A stretch of 63,376 bases of DNA, filler included, from Aduncisulcus paluster (taxonomy: Eukaryota): assembly GCA_024181965.1 (NCBI GenBank). It is 5 parts of 5 records of this genome, joined end to end, with 100 filler letters (N's around TTAATTAATTAA, not from the genome) between each part and the next. Parts side by side here need not be neighbours in the genome. Positions count along the whole stretch, not along the records: positions 25,326 to 30,405 come from BQXS01011046.1; positions 30,506 to 36,884 come from BQXS01011047.1; positions 36,985 to 61,930 come from BQXS01011048.1; 2 more parts are not named here. One strand, written 5' to 3'. The stretch's first letter is position 1, and every line of letters starts with the position of its first letter. Of the stretch, positions 30,080-43,055 are shown one piece after another. The position numbers and the translations under genes were made by a program. A model generated the notes under the pieces. That model searched no databases. It saw nothing but the letters and a program-made list of their open reading frames with translations, and was not told the DNA's origin.

Positions 30080-30405
30080 ATGACTGAGGAAGCGCAGAGC
30101 TCCATTGAAACGGGCGAAATTAGTCGCCTTTTTGAGTCACTTTCTGCTAGCAATATCCCCAACCTCCTAACTGATCTTGGGATCTTGGTTTCTCTTGGTT
30201 CCCAAAGGAAGTTCCAAGTTGGAGATATTAACTACAATATTCCGACCAAGGATGTTGCTTTAAAAGTCCTTGTTCATATTTATGAGAAGAACCCTCTTGT
30301 TAGAGAACTCTTTGATGGTCGTATCTCGAACCTACAAGGGATCTCCAATGGTACCTCCACCACTATTGCCTCCAATAGGAAATGCCTTTTTATGTTTATT
30401 AAATC
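30080..30405 (+). CDS. 5' part of a hypothetical protein (truncated by gap)
   Basis: ATG ORF open to the gap, with coding-like composition. Confidence 0.6.
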
Positions 30406-30961
30406 NNNNNNNNNNNNNNNNNNNNNNNNNNNNNNNNNNNNNNNNNNNNTTAATTAATTAANNNNNNNNNNNNNNNNNNNNNNNNNNNNNNNNNNNNNNN
30501 NNNNNGAATTATAAAGTTCTTCCCTCATGACTCCAAGCTGTTGTTATAATCCGTGAATATCATCCACTCCCTGACGAATATCCATTGTCTTGTCCCAGGT
30601 TGTTTTTCTGGTGTTGTTTTGGTTGTTTATGCTGTTGTTTGACCTCATCTTGAATCACAATTACCGAGAGTCTCTCTCTCTCTTTCTCTCTCTCTTTCTG
30701 TTGATTGTTTTGACATTCGAAAGGAACTCGATTCTGATTCCTAAGATGGGTTGATAATGTATCGTATTGTTTTGTTTTTACTGCTTCCTTTTATCTCTCA
30801 ATGTTGAATGTTGAACGTTGAATCATTCAGAATCTCATGTACATTCTCAACAGTCAAAGCAACTCTATCACATGTCTCCTTCAACAACTCTAACATCTCC
30901 AATCAACATCTGCATCTGTCATTATGATGTGATTCATATCAGACATTTGCCAAACAACTGG

Positions 30962-32065
30962 TTATTTCCATGGAAGTAGAGATAGTCGTTCAACTGCAAT
31001 AATTTCTTCTGACATAGTAAATACAAGGGAGTTAATAATGAAACTTCGACATTTCTTATCACACCACTGCCCTTTCCCTTCAATCTCACACAACACAACA
31101 TTATCTAACTCAATAGGAAGGAAGTGCCATTCATAGTCATGTTTAGGTTCTGTAAATTCATACTTCTTGACTATCTTCTTACCATCACAATCAGTGAAAG
31201 TGAAGAGAACAAATGGGGAACAGCCATACTTATCCACACATATATAAGCAGCTTTCAAGGGATTAGGTGATGGGAAAGGGATGGAAAGATGGGATAACCA
31301 TACAAAACCTTTCCCTTTTAACATTCTTTGTGCTCTTGAACTCTGATAATAATAATCCTCAGATTCCTTACTATACGCATCATTCTTGCACTTAACCATT
31401 GAGAATGAAGGATCGACAAGCTGTGAATCATCACGTGGAATGGGAATAGAATCTCTACCTTCAGATTCTTCATCTCCTTCCTTAACAAACTCTGGTTTCA
31501 CAACTGGAGCTTCAGACCATAGTTTCTCTCTGGCTTCACGAGATTTGATTTCTTCATAAGATTCTTCTCTACTAATGAAAACAAGGGAAGAGATTTCAAA
31601 ATACTCTTCTTCTCTTGCTTTCCCTGTAATCTCACACAAAACAACATCAGGGAGATCAACAGGAAGGAAATACCAATACCAATCCTCAAATTTATAAAAT
31701 TCGTATTTTTTGGATGTTTTATCACCCTTTGAAGATGTAAGGGTGAAGATAAGATGTGATGGAGTGCTTATCAAACCATTCAGACATATAAAAGCTCCTT
31801 TCATTTGAGAAGATGAGGAGAAAGGAATGGATATATGGGTAAAGTGACCATTATTAACCTCTCCTTTCATCATATCTTGTGCTTCGACACTTTGATCGTA
31901 CTCTTCGTCATCTTCTTCCTTGGTTTCATTGATTGCTTTGATACTTGGAAACTCTGAACTTTTAATATTGGGGGAATCTCTAGGAATTGGACAGCACCAC
32001 TCATTTCCTTCATGAATAATCTCAGGTTCAACAGTTTGAATTACAGTATCTGTGGATAAACTCAT
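30962..32065 (-). CDS. Intact protein of two tandem 'PIPRD' beta-sandwich-like domains with no kinase (cassette copy B)
   Basis: Paralog of the 7718 gene: PIPRD, THISIPF/SHLSIPF, MKGAFIC/LKAAYIC, KKYEF, WYFLPVDL/WHFLPIEL and VVLCEI each occur twice. Confidence 0.9.
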   Translation of the reverse strand: MSLSTDTVIQTVEPEIIHEGNEWCCPIPRDSPNIKSSEFPSIKAINETKEEDDEEYDQSVEAQDMMKGEVNNGHFTHISIPFSSSSQMKGAFICLNGLISTPSHLIFTLTSSKGDKTSKKYEFYKFEDWYWYFLPVDLPDVVLCEITGKAREEEYFEISSLVFISREESYEEIKSREAREKLWSEAPVVKPEFVKEGDEESEGRDSIPIPRDDSQLVDPSFSMVKCKNDAYSKESEDYYYQSSRAQRMLKGKGFVWLSHLSIPFPSPNPLKAAYICVDKYGCSPFVLFTFTDCDGKKIVKKYEFTEPKHDYEWHFLPIELDNVVLCEIEGKGQWCDKKCRSFIINSLVFTMSEEIIAVERLSLLPWK

Positions 32066-32087
32066 TTGAATAGAGATAGAATATTAT

Positions 32088-32265
32088 CTAAAAAAATTAA
32101 AACACGCAGAATAATTGCGAATTTCAAATAGAACAATCCGAGAAAAAGACAAAAATGAACAAGAAACGACCAAACAGCATAATATAGTGGGTATAATTTG
32201 AAGACATTGATTAAAATATTTCTCAATGATCGTTTAATAAAAGATGTGACATATATTAAACATAC
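32088..32265 (-). other. Putative 5'-UTR intron of cassette copy B (178 nt)
   Basis: GTATGT donor and ttttttAG acceptor homologous to 7585..7678. Confidence 0.6.
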
Positions 32266-32494
32266 AATTTGTTTTTACCGCCGGAAAAGATGTCGTCCAA
32301 AGTTTGTTGAACATATAACCTTTAATAGACAAGATAGAAAAGTTAACAAACATTTATGAATGACTTCAATGCTATACAATTATAAAGAAATATTTTATTG
32401 TCATTTCTATCCTTTTCCTTGCCTTTCAGTTCATTTTCACTTGCTTTTGCTTGCAATCAAAAATATCAAGTTCTCGGAAAGCGATGCAATATGT

Positions 32495-32870
32495 ATGTCT
32501 GTAACGAATCTAACCCACACTGATGCTTCATCAAACTCGATATCTGCCAGAGATTTGTCCGATTCAAAATCGACGTCTGAACTCTACGATAAGCATTTTA
32601 AGGCGATCTATTCTTTCCTCATTCAAATATCAATCGAAAAGTGAAATCGAAGAACACAAGGAGGGGATTGTGCTTTGTTTCCGGTGTTTAAGACTATTTG
32701 TTAGACATGACAGGGGTAGAAATGTTATCCATCTCCCTGATTCTAAACTTGATCACCTTATCAAGACTTTTATTGATTGTCTATCAAGATTGGAAAAAGT
32801 ACTGAATACGATGTTGAATGTATCGTGTGTAAAGTCAGAGAGCAGAGACATATTATATAATACACAATAG
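32495..32870 (+). pseudogene. Frameshifted, truncated fragment of a helical (ARM/HEAT-like) protein, head-to-head with the 32065 gene
   Basis: MSVTNLTHTDASS...YDKHFKAI in one frame continues as KYQSKSEIEEHKEGIVLCFRCLRLFVRH...LDHLIKTFIDCLSRLEKVL in another; amphipathic helical pattern. Confidence 0.55.
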
Positions 32871-33236
32871 TTAGCCCTCTTTGACGCCATCTGAACGAAT
32901 CAAATGATTGTTTTGGAACAAACAATCGTATTATGTACAAGGATGTCAAAGCAATTCAATGTTATTTGGAACATGTATCTATATTAAGATTCTTGATAAA
33001 TAATACGTCCAAATTGGTCCATTATCCATGCAATTTGCAAAGAAGATCGAAAAATATGGTCTATATTATATAAAAGATCTGGTAAATATCGATTTTCGCC
33101 GATTACATTCTTTCGATTCCTCCCAAAGCTTGTAACATTATAATTTGTGACATTGCATCGAAAGAATTCCTAAATTTCGTCAAATATTTTACTAATTATA
33201 CGAAATCTTCAGTAAATAATTATTGCTGTTGCAAAG

Positions 33237-33632
33237 CTATTCAAACTCCGTTCCAAGGAGATCTCGAGTTTCTTTCTCGCCCAATTTATGAATAACCTGG
33301 CCATTGATCCGCTCCATTTCTTTAATTATCTTTTGCATAAAGGATTGAATGTTGATAATAATCTTTTTCATGGCATCTCTAGTCTTGTCAAGTTCTTGTT
33401 TGACTTCTTTGGGAGAAATGTATTTTGACAGTCTTTCGTCCTCTTCATCATCCAACTTATCATTTTGAATAATCGATTCCAGATCACGTACGCGCATCTC
33501 TAGTTGCTTTATAGATTTCACAGGGGACGATAAATCGACATGCTGAGCTTGAGTAACAAGTTGCAACATTTCTAGCATTTTCTCGTGAGTGGATTGCATC
33601 GTTTCGTCTCTTATTTCATTGATAATAATCAT
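33237..33632 (-). CDS. Small coiled-coil hypothetical protein (possibly a 3' exon of the upstream gene)
   Basis: 131-codon ORF with heptad pattern, 73 nt downstream of the 33706 stop, preceded by a pyrimidine tract ending in catAG. Confidence 0.6.
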   Translation of the reverse strand: MIIINEIRDETMQSTHEKMLEMLQLVTQAQHVDLSSPVKSIKQLEMRVRDLESIIQNDKLDDEEDERLSKYISPKEVKQELDKTRDAMKKIIINIQSFMQKIIKEMERINGQVIHKLGEKETRDLLGTEFE

Positions 33633-33705
33633 AACAAATAACTATGTTGGGAGGTAAAAGAAAGAAAGATTACTTTCACAATGAGATCAAAGAAATAAGA
33701 AGAAA

Positions 33706-36700
33706 TCATTCTTCTTCATCAAAATCTCTTGGCACTGTCATTTTAAAGTACTTTCCTCTCATATTTGTATGCTTCACACGGGCAGGCGAGGCTGGAGAGT
33801 AGGAAACAACGTCATCTACAACATGCTTAACGAAAGATTCTCCACCAATACCGTGCAAAAGAGAGTTGGCAAGAGCATCTGTGGCTTCTTGATGATCTGT
33901 TCTAATAATAGATCCATCTTGAGAAGAAAGGGAATGGGGTAATAGAGAACATGCAGAATCTTCACATTTATACTGAGGATTCTTCCTTAAAGATTTAATT
34001 CTGGTCGTTTTCACAGATGTCAAAGGGTTGCTGAATCTTGATTGTTTGGTAGAAGAATCAGAATGATGCAGAAATTGATCTTGGTCCTTCGCAATTCCTT
34101 TGCATTCCAATCCATCAAGAGAATCAACTCCGTCTTCTTTCCCTGCTCTTTCTTCTTCAAGTTGTATTCTTTCAGTCTTCATTTGATGTGCAATATCATC
34201 ATCAGTGCTTGCTAAAACATTCCTGTCAGATCCCAAGCCACCACTCTTTCCACAGGGAGGACTCTCAAGATCACAAACATCTCCAGTCTCAACATCATAC
34301 TTGGTTTTAAAGTGAGTATTCAAGGCCTCATAAACGGATGGAGAAGGTGGGAGCTGAGTTTGATCGCTATCTCTGAATATTGTAGCAGGAATAGGTGAAG
34401 CAACAACGATANNNNNNNNNNNNNNNNNNNNAAACATTCCTGTCAGATCCCAAGCCACCACTCTTTCCACAGGGAGGACTCTCAAGATCACAAACATCTC
34501 CAGTCTCAACATCATACTTGGTTTTAAAGTGAGTATTCAAGGCCTCATAAACGGATGGAGAAGGTGGGAGCTGAGTTTGATCGCTATCTCTGAATATTGT
34601 AGCAGGAATAGGTGAAGCAACAACGATAGATTGCTGTTTGGAGATCATGGTATCATGCTGTTGGGCAGTATCGTCATGGAGGCTCAACAAAGAAGGCGAC
34701 CGGGAAAGCTCAATGATCTCATCATCAGGAGCATGTGGAATGGTGGCATGACCAAGAGTAGGCGAGGACGGATGCAATGGAATCGAACGATGAGGCGAGG
34801 AACTAGGTCTTCTGAGTGCATTGGGGGATCCCATTCCTCGCCGGTTCTGAGAGATAATACTCTGGTGTGACACAGATGGACTTACAGTTCCACCCATATT
34901 CGACATACCGACATTAACACTGCCACGACCTTTACCATCGCCGGCCCAAGGCGATTCAAGCCGCTCTTTCCTCTCTTGGTCGACAATTGTGGGCCTCTTC
35001 TCATATAAACGAACAGTGTGGCCTCTAAGAGCAGTAAGCATCGACGATGTACTCATTTTCTTTGTAGATTTTGGAAGAGAATGTGTTGGAAGAGAGTGAA
35101 TAGGAACATACGATGGGGGAGAAGAAACTAAGGAAGAAGAAGAAGAGGAGGAAGAAGAGGAAGAAGAGGAATCAGCTCCCTCAGGTTTAGCCCCAAGTGT
35201 GGATAACTTCGATTTGCTTTTGCTTCCTATAAGAGCTCGGTGATCAGGGGCCTCACGAGACGGAACAGATAGATTCATTTCTATCATAATATTCCTTGGA
35301 TTCGGAATGGATTTATCGTACAAAAGAGAAGATTTTTCAAGTAATGCCGTGGATTTCCTTCTTCTCATCCTCAGATCATCTTGACCCCCATTTGGAGTTC
35401 CATTTTGACCCTCATGATCTACCGAAGTTTGATCAATGACCTGTTGACCTTCATAAGTCGTCATATTTGAGTTCATGGTTGAGACAATAAGATCAGCCCC
35501 TTCGCGTGTGGAGGCTCCAGTCAGAGGAGTCTTTGGTGTGTCCATCAACAAGGAGGGTAATGTTGGAATCATGGCAGAGTGACGCCTTGAACCTCCAGAC
35601 GTGGTCCCTTTCGTCTTCGTGGAATCTTTGTTAAATGATTGGCTGGAGATCTGATGATTACCCGGAGTTAACATGACAGATATTCCTTGAGAAGGAGTAG
35701 TGTGATGAATTCGATCAGTGCCATGTGGAATATCTCGGTAAGAACCGGTTGTTGCCGGTTGGTACTTGTCATCGCCAACTATCATCTCTTCTTCGACTTG
35801 TTGAAGGATATGGCGATTCGTCTCAATATCCATCCCATCTTGTTGCAATGGGTACATCATATTTGCACCTGAAATCACATCCAACGAACGCAGAGTCTCG
35901 CGATACTCATGGTCAACATCCTCTGACGATGATCCTATTGACTGGGACATTGTTCCACGTCTGTTCTTGGATTTCTTTTTCTTTTTTGTTGATTTTCTAA
36001 GGGATTTCCTATAAGTTTGAACTAATCTCTTCCTTCCTCTTTCCATTTCTTTCGTCATTTCCCTTCTTCGTTGCATTTCTAACCTCCTTTCTTCCTTTTC
36101 ACGAGCAATAGATGAAGTAATGACAGCTTTCTTGGGGGTCGAATAATGATTATAGACACCAGTGTCGAAATCATACGCGGAAGAAGCGGAAGACGAAGAG
36201 GAAGAGGAGGAAGACACTTGAATAGTCCCATTTAATCTCGTTGAATGAGTAGATTCAAGGCCACGAAGACTGGACGTGTCCATCAATCGTGGGAAGTAGA
36301 GGGAAGAAAGTCGAGGCTTTGAAGAAACCGTTGCCCTTCCATGGTGTGTCGAAGACAAGGACTGGTATTGGGCTTCATCAAGAACTGGAGGAGGATTCGA
36401 ACGTGTCGTTAATAGCGCAGTTTGTTGGGAAAGATGAGAGCGAGAGAAACGGGGGAGAGGAGCCCCAGAAGTTGGAGGTTGTGGAACAAACCGTGGAGCT
36501 TCTTCTTCATCAACTTCATGAATATCCATACATTGTTCAGACGCCGATATTTGTTTCTCAGATATGGTATCTTGTTGCTCAGTGAGGGAACCTTCTGTGA
36601 GGAAAGATGTTTGATCGTCAGAAACCGGCGAGAGTGACGGCGGTGGACGAAATAATCGACTATGGTTTCCCGAGCCTGCAAAGTCAGAGGATACTGCCCG

Positions 36701-36748
36701 ATGATATCTTGAGCCGGAATAATACTTCTTTGAAGCAGAAGAAGACAT
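33706..36748 (-). CDS. Large Ser-rich, largely disordered hypothetical protein; joins ORFs 34367..36748 and 33706..34515 across an artefactual duplication
   Basis: 34213-34411 is duplicated at 34432-34630 around the 20-N gap; collapsing it gives a continuous frame. Confidence 0.8.
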
Positions 36749-36984
36749 AGGAACAACGTGTCGATCATAGATTCTCGCTGCAGGATTATCTGGCGAATTC
36801 TTTGTCGATCCTTGAATTTTTGAATATTTATCATCGCCTTTTCGCCTTTTAGACTCAAAATATCTATCTTTATCCCTTCTCTCANNNNNNNNNNNNNNNN
36901 NNNNNNNNNNNNNNNNNNNNNNNNNNNNTTAATTAATTAANNNNNNNNNNNNNNNNNNNNNNNNNNNNNNNNNNNNNNNNNNNN

Positions 36985-39754
36985 CGGTCTTTGTTTTCGT
37001 TGTTTCTTCTCCAAAAGAGTGATTCTCACATTTTCCATCTGATCCTCCACATTCCAATTCTTCCTTTTGGCGCAAAATATCTAACAATTCTGGGAACTCA
37101 ATCATATTTCCTTCTCCCAATTGTTCATTGGTTCCGAAACCATCACAATATTTCTGAACAGAATAGTTTGTTAAATGAGCAAATTTATCAAATAGATTGG
37201 AATGAGAATATTCCTGGCTTGCAAAGCGAATATAATTTGTGTCATAGAAATAAGCAATAAGAGGATTTACACTGAGTAATAAAACCCACTGTCTCATGTC
37301 GAATTTATAATTAAATACCGTCAAAGTGTTTTCAATGTATTTTTGAAGGACTATTCCTCTCTCCTCGCTGTTATTTTGTATGAGAATATCGAAAATGTTA
37401 TTGCTGACACGGATTCCTCGGCCTCGAGAGAGAGATGGAGGCTTTATAACCCATGCATTTGATTCTTCGAGGAGAGAGAGCTGGGATATATGATTGTTGA
37501 GTTTGAATATCATATCGAGAAGCAAAGAATGGGATTTAATTTCTTGTATCTTAGTCTTATAATGTTTTTTTCTGTGAGAAGACAAGGCTGAGCTTCCATC
37601 ATCGGGCAGAATAGGAGGAATTTCACTTTCAGAGATCACATCTTGACGACGATCAGAATGAGAGAAGGAAGTTATGTCCTTATCTTCAGGTCCAGGGCTT
37701 GAGGATTCAGCCGTTTCATCTGAAGAGGAAGAAGAAGGAGATGCCAACGATGCCATCTTATCGAAAAATCTAATAATATCACATTGGCAGAGTTCCTCGC
37801 CAAATGAAGTAAAATAAATGGGAATCTCATTGAATGGTCTTTCTTTAGCTGGATTGCAATGGGATTTCTTTGATTTCTTCTTTTTTGATTTTCCGGATTT
37901 GGTTGGTTTCTTTTTGGATGATTTTTCAGACGATTTCTGAGTTCCAACTTGGGAAGTTTCTGCCTTTTCATCCTCTTCATCGTCAAAATCGTCAAGATCA
38001 TCCTTTGATCCATCAGAATGGTCATCACTGGAACATCCTTGTTTGTCTCCTCTCTTCTTCTTTCCATCCCCGGTTTTCTCCTTTTCACGGAGTTCTTCCT
38101 TAGCAATTAGTGAGGTCCAGCCTCCAAGGAGAATCATCCAATCTGATTTTCCGGCCTTAATTCTGCCAGTAGAGTCCAATAGTTCTCCATTGTGAAAAGC
38201 ATGGATTTGCTCAAGGATGGAAACACACTTCTTGAGAAAAAAGTGAGACAAGAATGGCGGAAAAGAATGGGCCGAAGAAGAATCTTGATCGATATCTGTT
38301 TGGTATTCGTCTTTTTCTTTTTCTTCAAGGCTGGCATATTTTCTTTTGAGAACATTGATCATGTTAAGAGAATTTAGTTTCTCATATTCTATTTTTGGAA
38401 TATCATTTACAGATGAGTATTTATCCATATAATACCATACGAGATATCTCTTAACAACGACAATAGGAATATTATAGAGATAGGCTCTCTCGAATCGTCT
38501 CCTCTCTTCCTCCTGTGCAAGACAAAAGCTCAGTGGAAAGACATCATCCACATCATCTCCACCTTCGCGTGAGTATTCGACCATATTCTTGGTCAATCCC
38601 TCTTTGGTGGCGACTTGACCGATGTGCTTGATATGGTTCAGAACAACACCTTCGTCATATTCCTCCTCAATGGTGCATCTCACACGAAACAGCATGTGGA
38701 AGGGACGCAGTGGTGCAACGAAAGCCTGGGCCTTGGAGGGGCCAAGAACCTTGGACAGAGCACCAACGTAGTCCTTCTTGTTAAACTTAGACCAACCACG
38801 GGATATCAGCTCATGTGAGAAATCAGGATACGATGATCCAGATGTGTGGAAAATATAATCAGATGAAAGCGCCAGAGTGCTTTTATAGTTGGAAATATCT
38901 TTTTCACTTGAGGAAGTAAGAGAAAAACACGGATGACGATTGTATTTACGAATTCTAGAAGCAGAAGAAGACTTCTTTTGCTTTGATTTCTTCGTTTTAG
39001 AACCGCTTTTTTCCTGTTCAGCATCTATTTTTGATTCGGAATCTGATTTTTCAAGCCAAGGAGAGTTGTACCAAAATACTCCAGGAAACAGTTTCTTAAT
39101 GTTTGAATCATCACCTTCATTTTCTATTGGACAATAAGGAATCAAATAATGACGTGTAACGGTCAGTGAACATTCCCGATGCGAGCTTTTTGACTTCAGT
39201 GGTTTTAAGGGAGCCTTCTGTTCATATACATGGGAATGACCAGAAACAAACAGTTGTGGTTTAGATGCTTGACGGTTCCGAGAGGTCTTTAATATCGAAG
39301 TTGAGACAGACCTTGACTTGGATCGTACTGGAGGAAGCGGCGGTTTCCGTGTACTCTTTGAAATTTCACCATCGCGCATATGATAACGAGTTGAAGAGTA
39401 TGGTTTTTTCGTATTAGATTTGCTACGACCGAAATATCTAGCTTTTTTTGCCCTGGGTCGATATTCAGGCTTAGGTTTCAAGGTTAACGTGGGTGAAAGT
39501 CTACTATCTTCAATGCTTGAGATATATTGTTCCCTTTGAAGTTCGAAGGATCCTCTTTCTGAATATTTTGTCGCGACAAGATGATCAAATTCTTGGAATG
39601 GAATTTTTGAATCAAGATGTCCTGTTAGAGGTACATATTTTTGTTGTAGAGAAGATATTTGAGCCTGTATTTCATCAACTACATTCCCATGAGTGGCAAC
39701 TCCCGTTATTTCAAGGTGTGGAGAAGAATCTTCATCATAATGTGGATGAATCAT
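36985..39754 (-). CDS. TTLL3: Tubulin-tyrosine-ligase-like protein, glycylase (TTLL3/8) type; 3' truncated by gap
   Basis: LNHIKHIGQVATKEGL; WVIKPPSLSRGRGI; LQKYIE; KFDMRQWVL; YIRFASQEY; HLTNYSVQK. Confidence 0.88.
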
Positions 39755-39967
39755 CAAAAGTTATAATAAAATGGATAAAAAATGCACTAAAATGGTAAAA
39801 AAAGATTATGTAGAATGTTGGAAGGGTGTGTGTGGACAAAAAAGTGGATTTTTCTGATCCACCAATCTGCGCTCGCGAAAAATTTGAAACAATTTTGCAT
39901 TTTTATAGCATATTAAGCATATTACCATGGATATATTTACTGTTATTGCTAAATTAGGTCTTAATCC

Positions 39968-41194
39968 CTATTCTTTCCCCTCTCTAGTTTCTTCCACTGT
40001 AGCGATTGGTTCAGATTTCTTTTCATATACTTCCATATATCTTGGAGTCATAAATAATTCAACGTCCTTATCTGTGACATCTTTTCTCTTTTCTTGGTGC
40101 TCCATGACCAAATCTTGCAGAATCTTGATGAGGATAGCCTTGACTTCTCCTGTAAGCATTCTGCCCTCGCTGTAATCTTTCCTTATTCTCTCGAGCTCAA
40201 CATCATCATGGAGGAAATAGCATAAGTAATGGAAAGGAACATCTACCTTGAGATCGGCACCAAGCTCCCTCTGTTCTTCAACAGTTGCTCTACCACCGGA
40301 GAAAGCATATTTGTTGATCTTTTTCTTGATCTGTTTCTTTGAATCTGTCATGAATATAGAGGTCCCACCGACACTGGCACTCATCTTGCTTCCAGCTCCA
40401 TGAAGGGAAGGTAAGAACTGAGCATGAAGTAAACTTGGTTTGGGGTACTTCATACGTTTGGCAATATCACGGGTAACACGGAAGTATGGATCTTGATCGA
40501 TGGCACATGGAATCAAACAGCGGATCTTACGAAGAACAGTCTCGTCAGTGGTTCCAAAGATCTTGGGGAAAGTGGAAGCAAAAGAAGGAGCGGCCTGAAT
40601 AGCTGGAAAGACATGCTTCCCAATGTTATCAGAATTTGTAAATCCAAACACAGCACGAGCAGTGGAAGTTGTTGTCAAACGAGCGATCTTGATGATGTTG
40701 GGGTACATTGTGTGAATATAATCGGTATCACGGAAAATAAAGGTTCTCTCAGGTGAAAACCCACATGCAATAATATCTTTGGCATTTTCCAATGCAAATC
40801 TTCTTGCCTCGTCGAATTTAAGATCTTTCCAGAGGAATTTCTCATCATCGGTCAATTGGATGACAACAATGCATCCAAAAGCATCCTGTAACCACTTTGT
40901 AAATGTGAAAGGAATCATGTGACCAAGGTGCAAAGCCTCAGAAGAAGGACCACGGCCAGTGTATACATAGAATGGTTCTCCCTTTTCATAAGAGGCAAGA
41001 ATCTGATTCATATCCCGCTCAGAGAAAAATATTCCTCGTTTTAACCAGGGATGAGCCTTGGTCCCAATCGCAGATTCGATCCTAGCGATCAACTCATTAC
41101 TGATCCTATTTGACCCGAAATCTTTAATTAATCGATCATAATCAATTTCTCCTTCACCTGAAACCTCCCAAGGGGTGACGATTTGTTCAGTCAT
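39968..41194 (-). CDS. WARS1: Cytosolic (eukaryote/archaeal-type) tryptophanyl-tRNA synthetase
   Basis: [72 protein letters not shown] at 41194. Confidence 0.97.
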   Translation of the reverse strand: MTEQIVTPWEVSGEGEIDYDRLIKDFGSNRISNELIARIESAIGTKAHPWLKRGIFFSERDMNQILASYEKGEPFYVYTGRGPSSEALHLGHMIPFTFTKWLQDAFGCIVVIQLTDDEKFLWKDLKFDEARRFALENAKDIIACGFSPERTFIFRDTDYIHTMYPNIIKIARLTTTSTARAVFGFTNSDNIGKHVFPAIQAAPSFASTFPKIFGTTDETVLRKIRCLIPCAIDQDPYFRVTRDIAKRMKYPKPSLLHAQFLPSLHGAGSKMSASVGGTSIFMTDSKKQIKKKINKYAFSGGRATVEEQRELGADLKVDVPFHYLCYFLHDDVELERIRKDYSEGRMLTGEVKAILIKILQDLVMEHQEKRKDVTDKDVELFMTPRYMEVYEKKSEPIATVEETREGKE

Positions 41195-41547
41195 TTGCAC
41201 AAAACCCAAAGAAAAGAATTCAAAACAGCGATTGGCCAATCGATGAATAGTTGATGTGAAATAGTCAGTGAAATGAGATCGAGCATGATAAATGTGAAAA
41301 CTTGCGCTAAATATATTTTTAAAGACAGAATAATTCAATTATTTGCTCTAAAAAATGACTCATTTTAATATTTCAGAGATCATCAAAAATGCCCTTTCGT
41401 GTTATTCCATGAAATGAATGTATTGTTTATACATGGCACAAGTCAATTTAGTTTTATTTGGTAAACTTTACTTAGATTTCAAACTTTGAAATGATTGAAT
41501 CATCGTGATACTCCAGGTGCTTTTTTGTAACATATAGACAACTATTA

Positions 41548-42828
41548 ATGGGTTTCCAAATATTTCCATTGATTTTTGGGTTATTTATTCTCCCTCTTTT
41601 TGTCATAGCCTCTAAAGTAGTTGTGATGACAGATATCCATTACGATAGCCTTTATATCGATACAGGGTCATCTTCTACATTTTGTCGTCTTGAATCAGCA
41701 AGTGTAGATGATCTTGGAACCTATGGAAGATATGGATGTGATGCTCCGAAGCCACTTGTTGATGTTATGATGGAAGATCTTCAACTATACCTTTCTGATC
41801 ATGATGATGTCACCCAAGTAATTACCCTTGGCGATTTTCCTGCTCATGAATATACCAACCAGAGTGATTGGCTCCATTCGTTCATGAATTCCACCTCTTT
41901 CCTTTTTTCTGCTGTTGATGCTGTCAGTGACGTTCCTATCTTTCCAACAATTGGAAATGACGATTGTTATCCAAATTATACTATTCCTGCCGGTTCTTCT
42001 GATCTCCTAGATATAATTACTCTCGTTTTTGATAATTTCTTTGAATCTGACGAAGAGGCTGAATTCTTTGCCGAATTTGGTGGTCTAAAACGTGAATTAT
42101 CTGATACCATTACTCTTTTATCATTTAACTCTATATATTATTCCCCCAAACATAATTCCAAGAAACTCCATGTTCTCCGTGGCGAAAAAGTCGAATATGA
42201 GGATGATCCTGCTGGACAATTTGCTTGGCTTGAGTCAGAGTTTCAGATTGCTCAAGAAGCTGGCAAATCTGTGTGGTTAGCCACTCATATCCCACCTGGA
42301 GTGAATGCCTATGATTCTCGCGATCAGTGGGTTGATCAATACACCGATTCCTTCTTGGATATTCTTGCTCAATACCCCAACCTAGTGACCGCCTTCTTCT
42401 CAGGACACTACCACCAAGTGGAGTATAAATTTGTTGCTGAAACTCCCATCTTTGTGTGTCCAGGGATTAGCGCTTGCAATGGGAACAATCCAGGATATTC
42501 AATATTTGAGTATGATGATTCAACGGGACTTATTGTCAACCAGACCGTTCGTTTCCTTGATATCAGGAATGCTAATAGAGACTCAGACACGTCAGTATCT
42601 CAACTCATGAGCTATTCCGATGCCTATCCTTCCACTATCGATGAAGGATTCATCTCAGGGCTGTCTCTCTCAGAACTTGCCGAGGATATTCGCACCAATG
42701 TGAAAATATGGGAGCAATACTATGATTATCAACTATTAGGCTACAATCCTTCCCGTGGACAAACAGCATGTGCCTCTGTTGTGTCAACCGAGACGACTTA
42801 TGATCAATGTGATATTGCTGAAGATTGA
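41548..42828 (+). CDS. Secreted acid sphingomyelinase-like metallophosphoesterase (SMPDL3 family)
   Basis: Signal peptide; TDIHYD, GRYGCDAP, LGDFPAH, IGNDD, DPAGQFAWL, HIPPG, GHYH, NNPG. Confidence 0.92.
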   Translation: MGFQIFPLIFGLFILPLFVIASKVVVMTDIHYDSLYIDTGSSSTFCRLESASVDDLGTYGRYGCDAPKPLVDVMMEDLQLYLSDHDDVTQVITLGDFPAHEYTNQSDWLHSFMNSTSFLFSAVDAVSDVPIFPTIGNDDCYPNYTIPAGSSDLLDIITLVFDNFFESDEEAEFFAEFGGLKRELSDTITLLSFNSIYYSPKHNSKKLHVLRGEKVEYEDDPAGQFAWLESEFQIAQEAGKSVWLATHIPPGVNAYDSRDQWVDQYTDSFLDILAQYPNLVTAFFSGHYHQVEYKFVAETPIFVCPGISACNGNNPGYSIFEYDDSTGLIVNQTVRFLDIRNANRDSDTSVSQLMSYSDAYPSTIDEGFISGLSLSELAEDIRTNVKIWEQYYDYQLLGYNPSRGQTACASVVSTETTYDQCDIAED

Positions 42829-43055
42829 TGACCCACTTTATGGATGCTTTTTCTCATTGTTTTTGTTATTTTTTCAGACACATTTTTCTTTCCAGATTTT
42901 CGTATTGTGTGGCTATTATGGTCACAAACCAAATGGCTTATTTTTTTTTCAAAGGTGTTGGACGTTAGAATATAATAAATATTATATTATTTTTCGTTTG
43001 GAGTCAAACAGCATTTGAAAATGACAAAATCACATTTTGGCATCGTATTATACAT

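Noticed and set aside
41195-41338. 48-aa N-terminal extension (targeting peptide) on TrpRS
   Set aside because: The ORF-track start is TTG in AT-rich promoter-like DNA; the first ATG (41194) is directly followed by the conserved VTPW.
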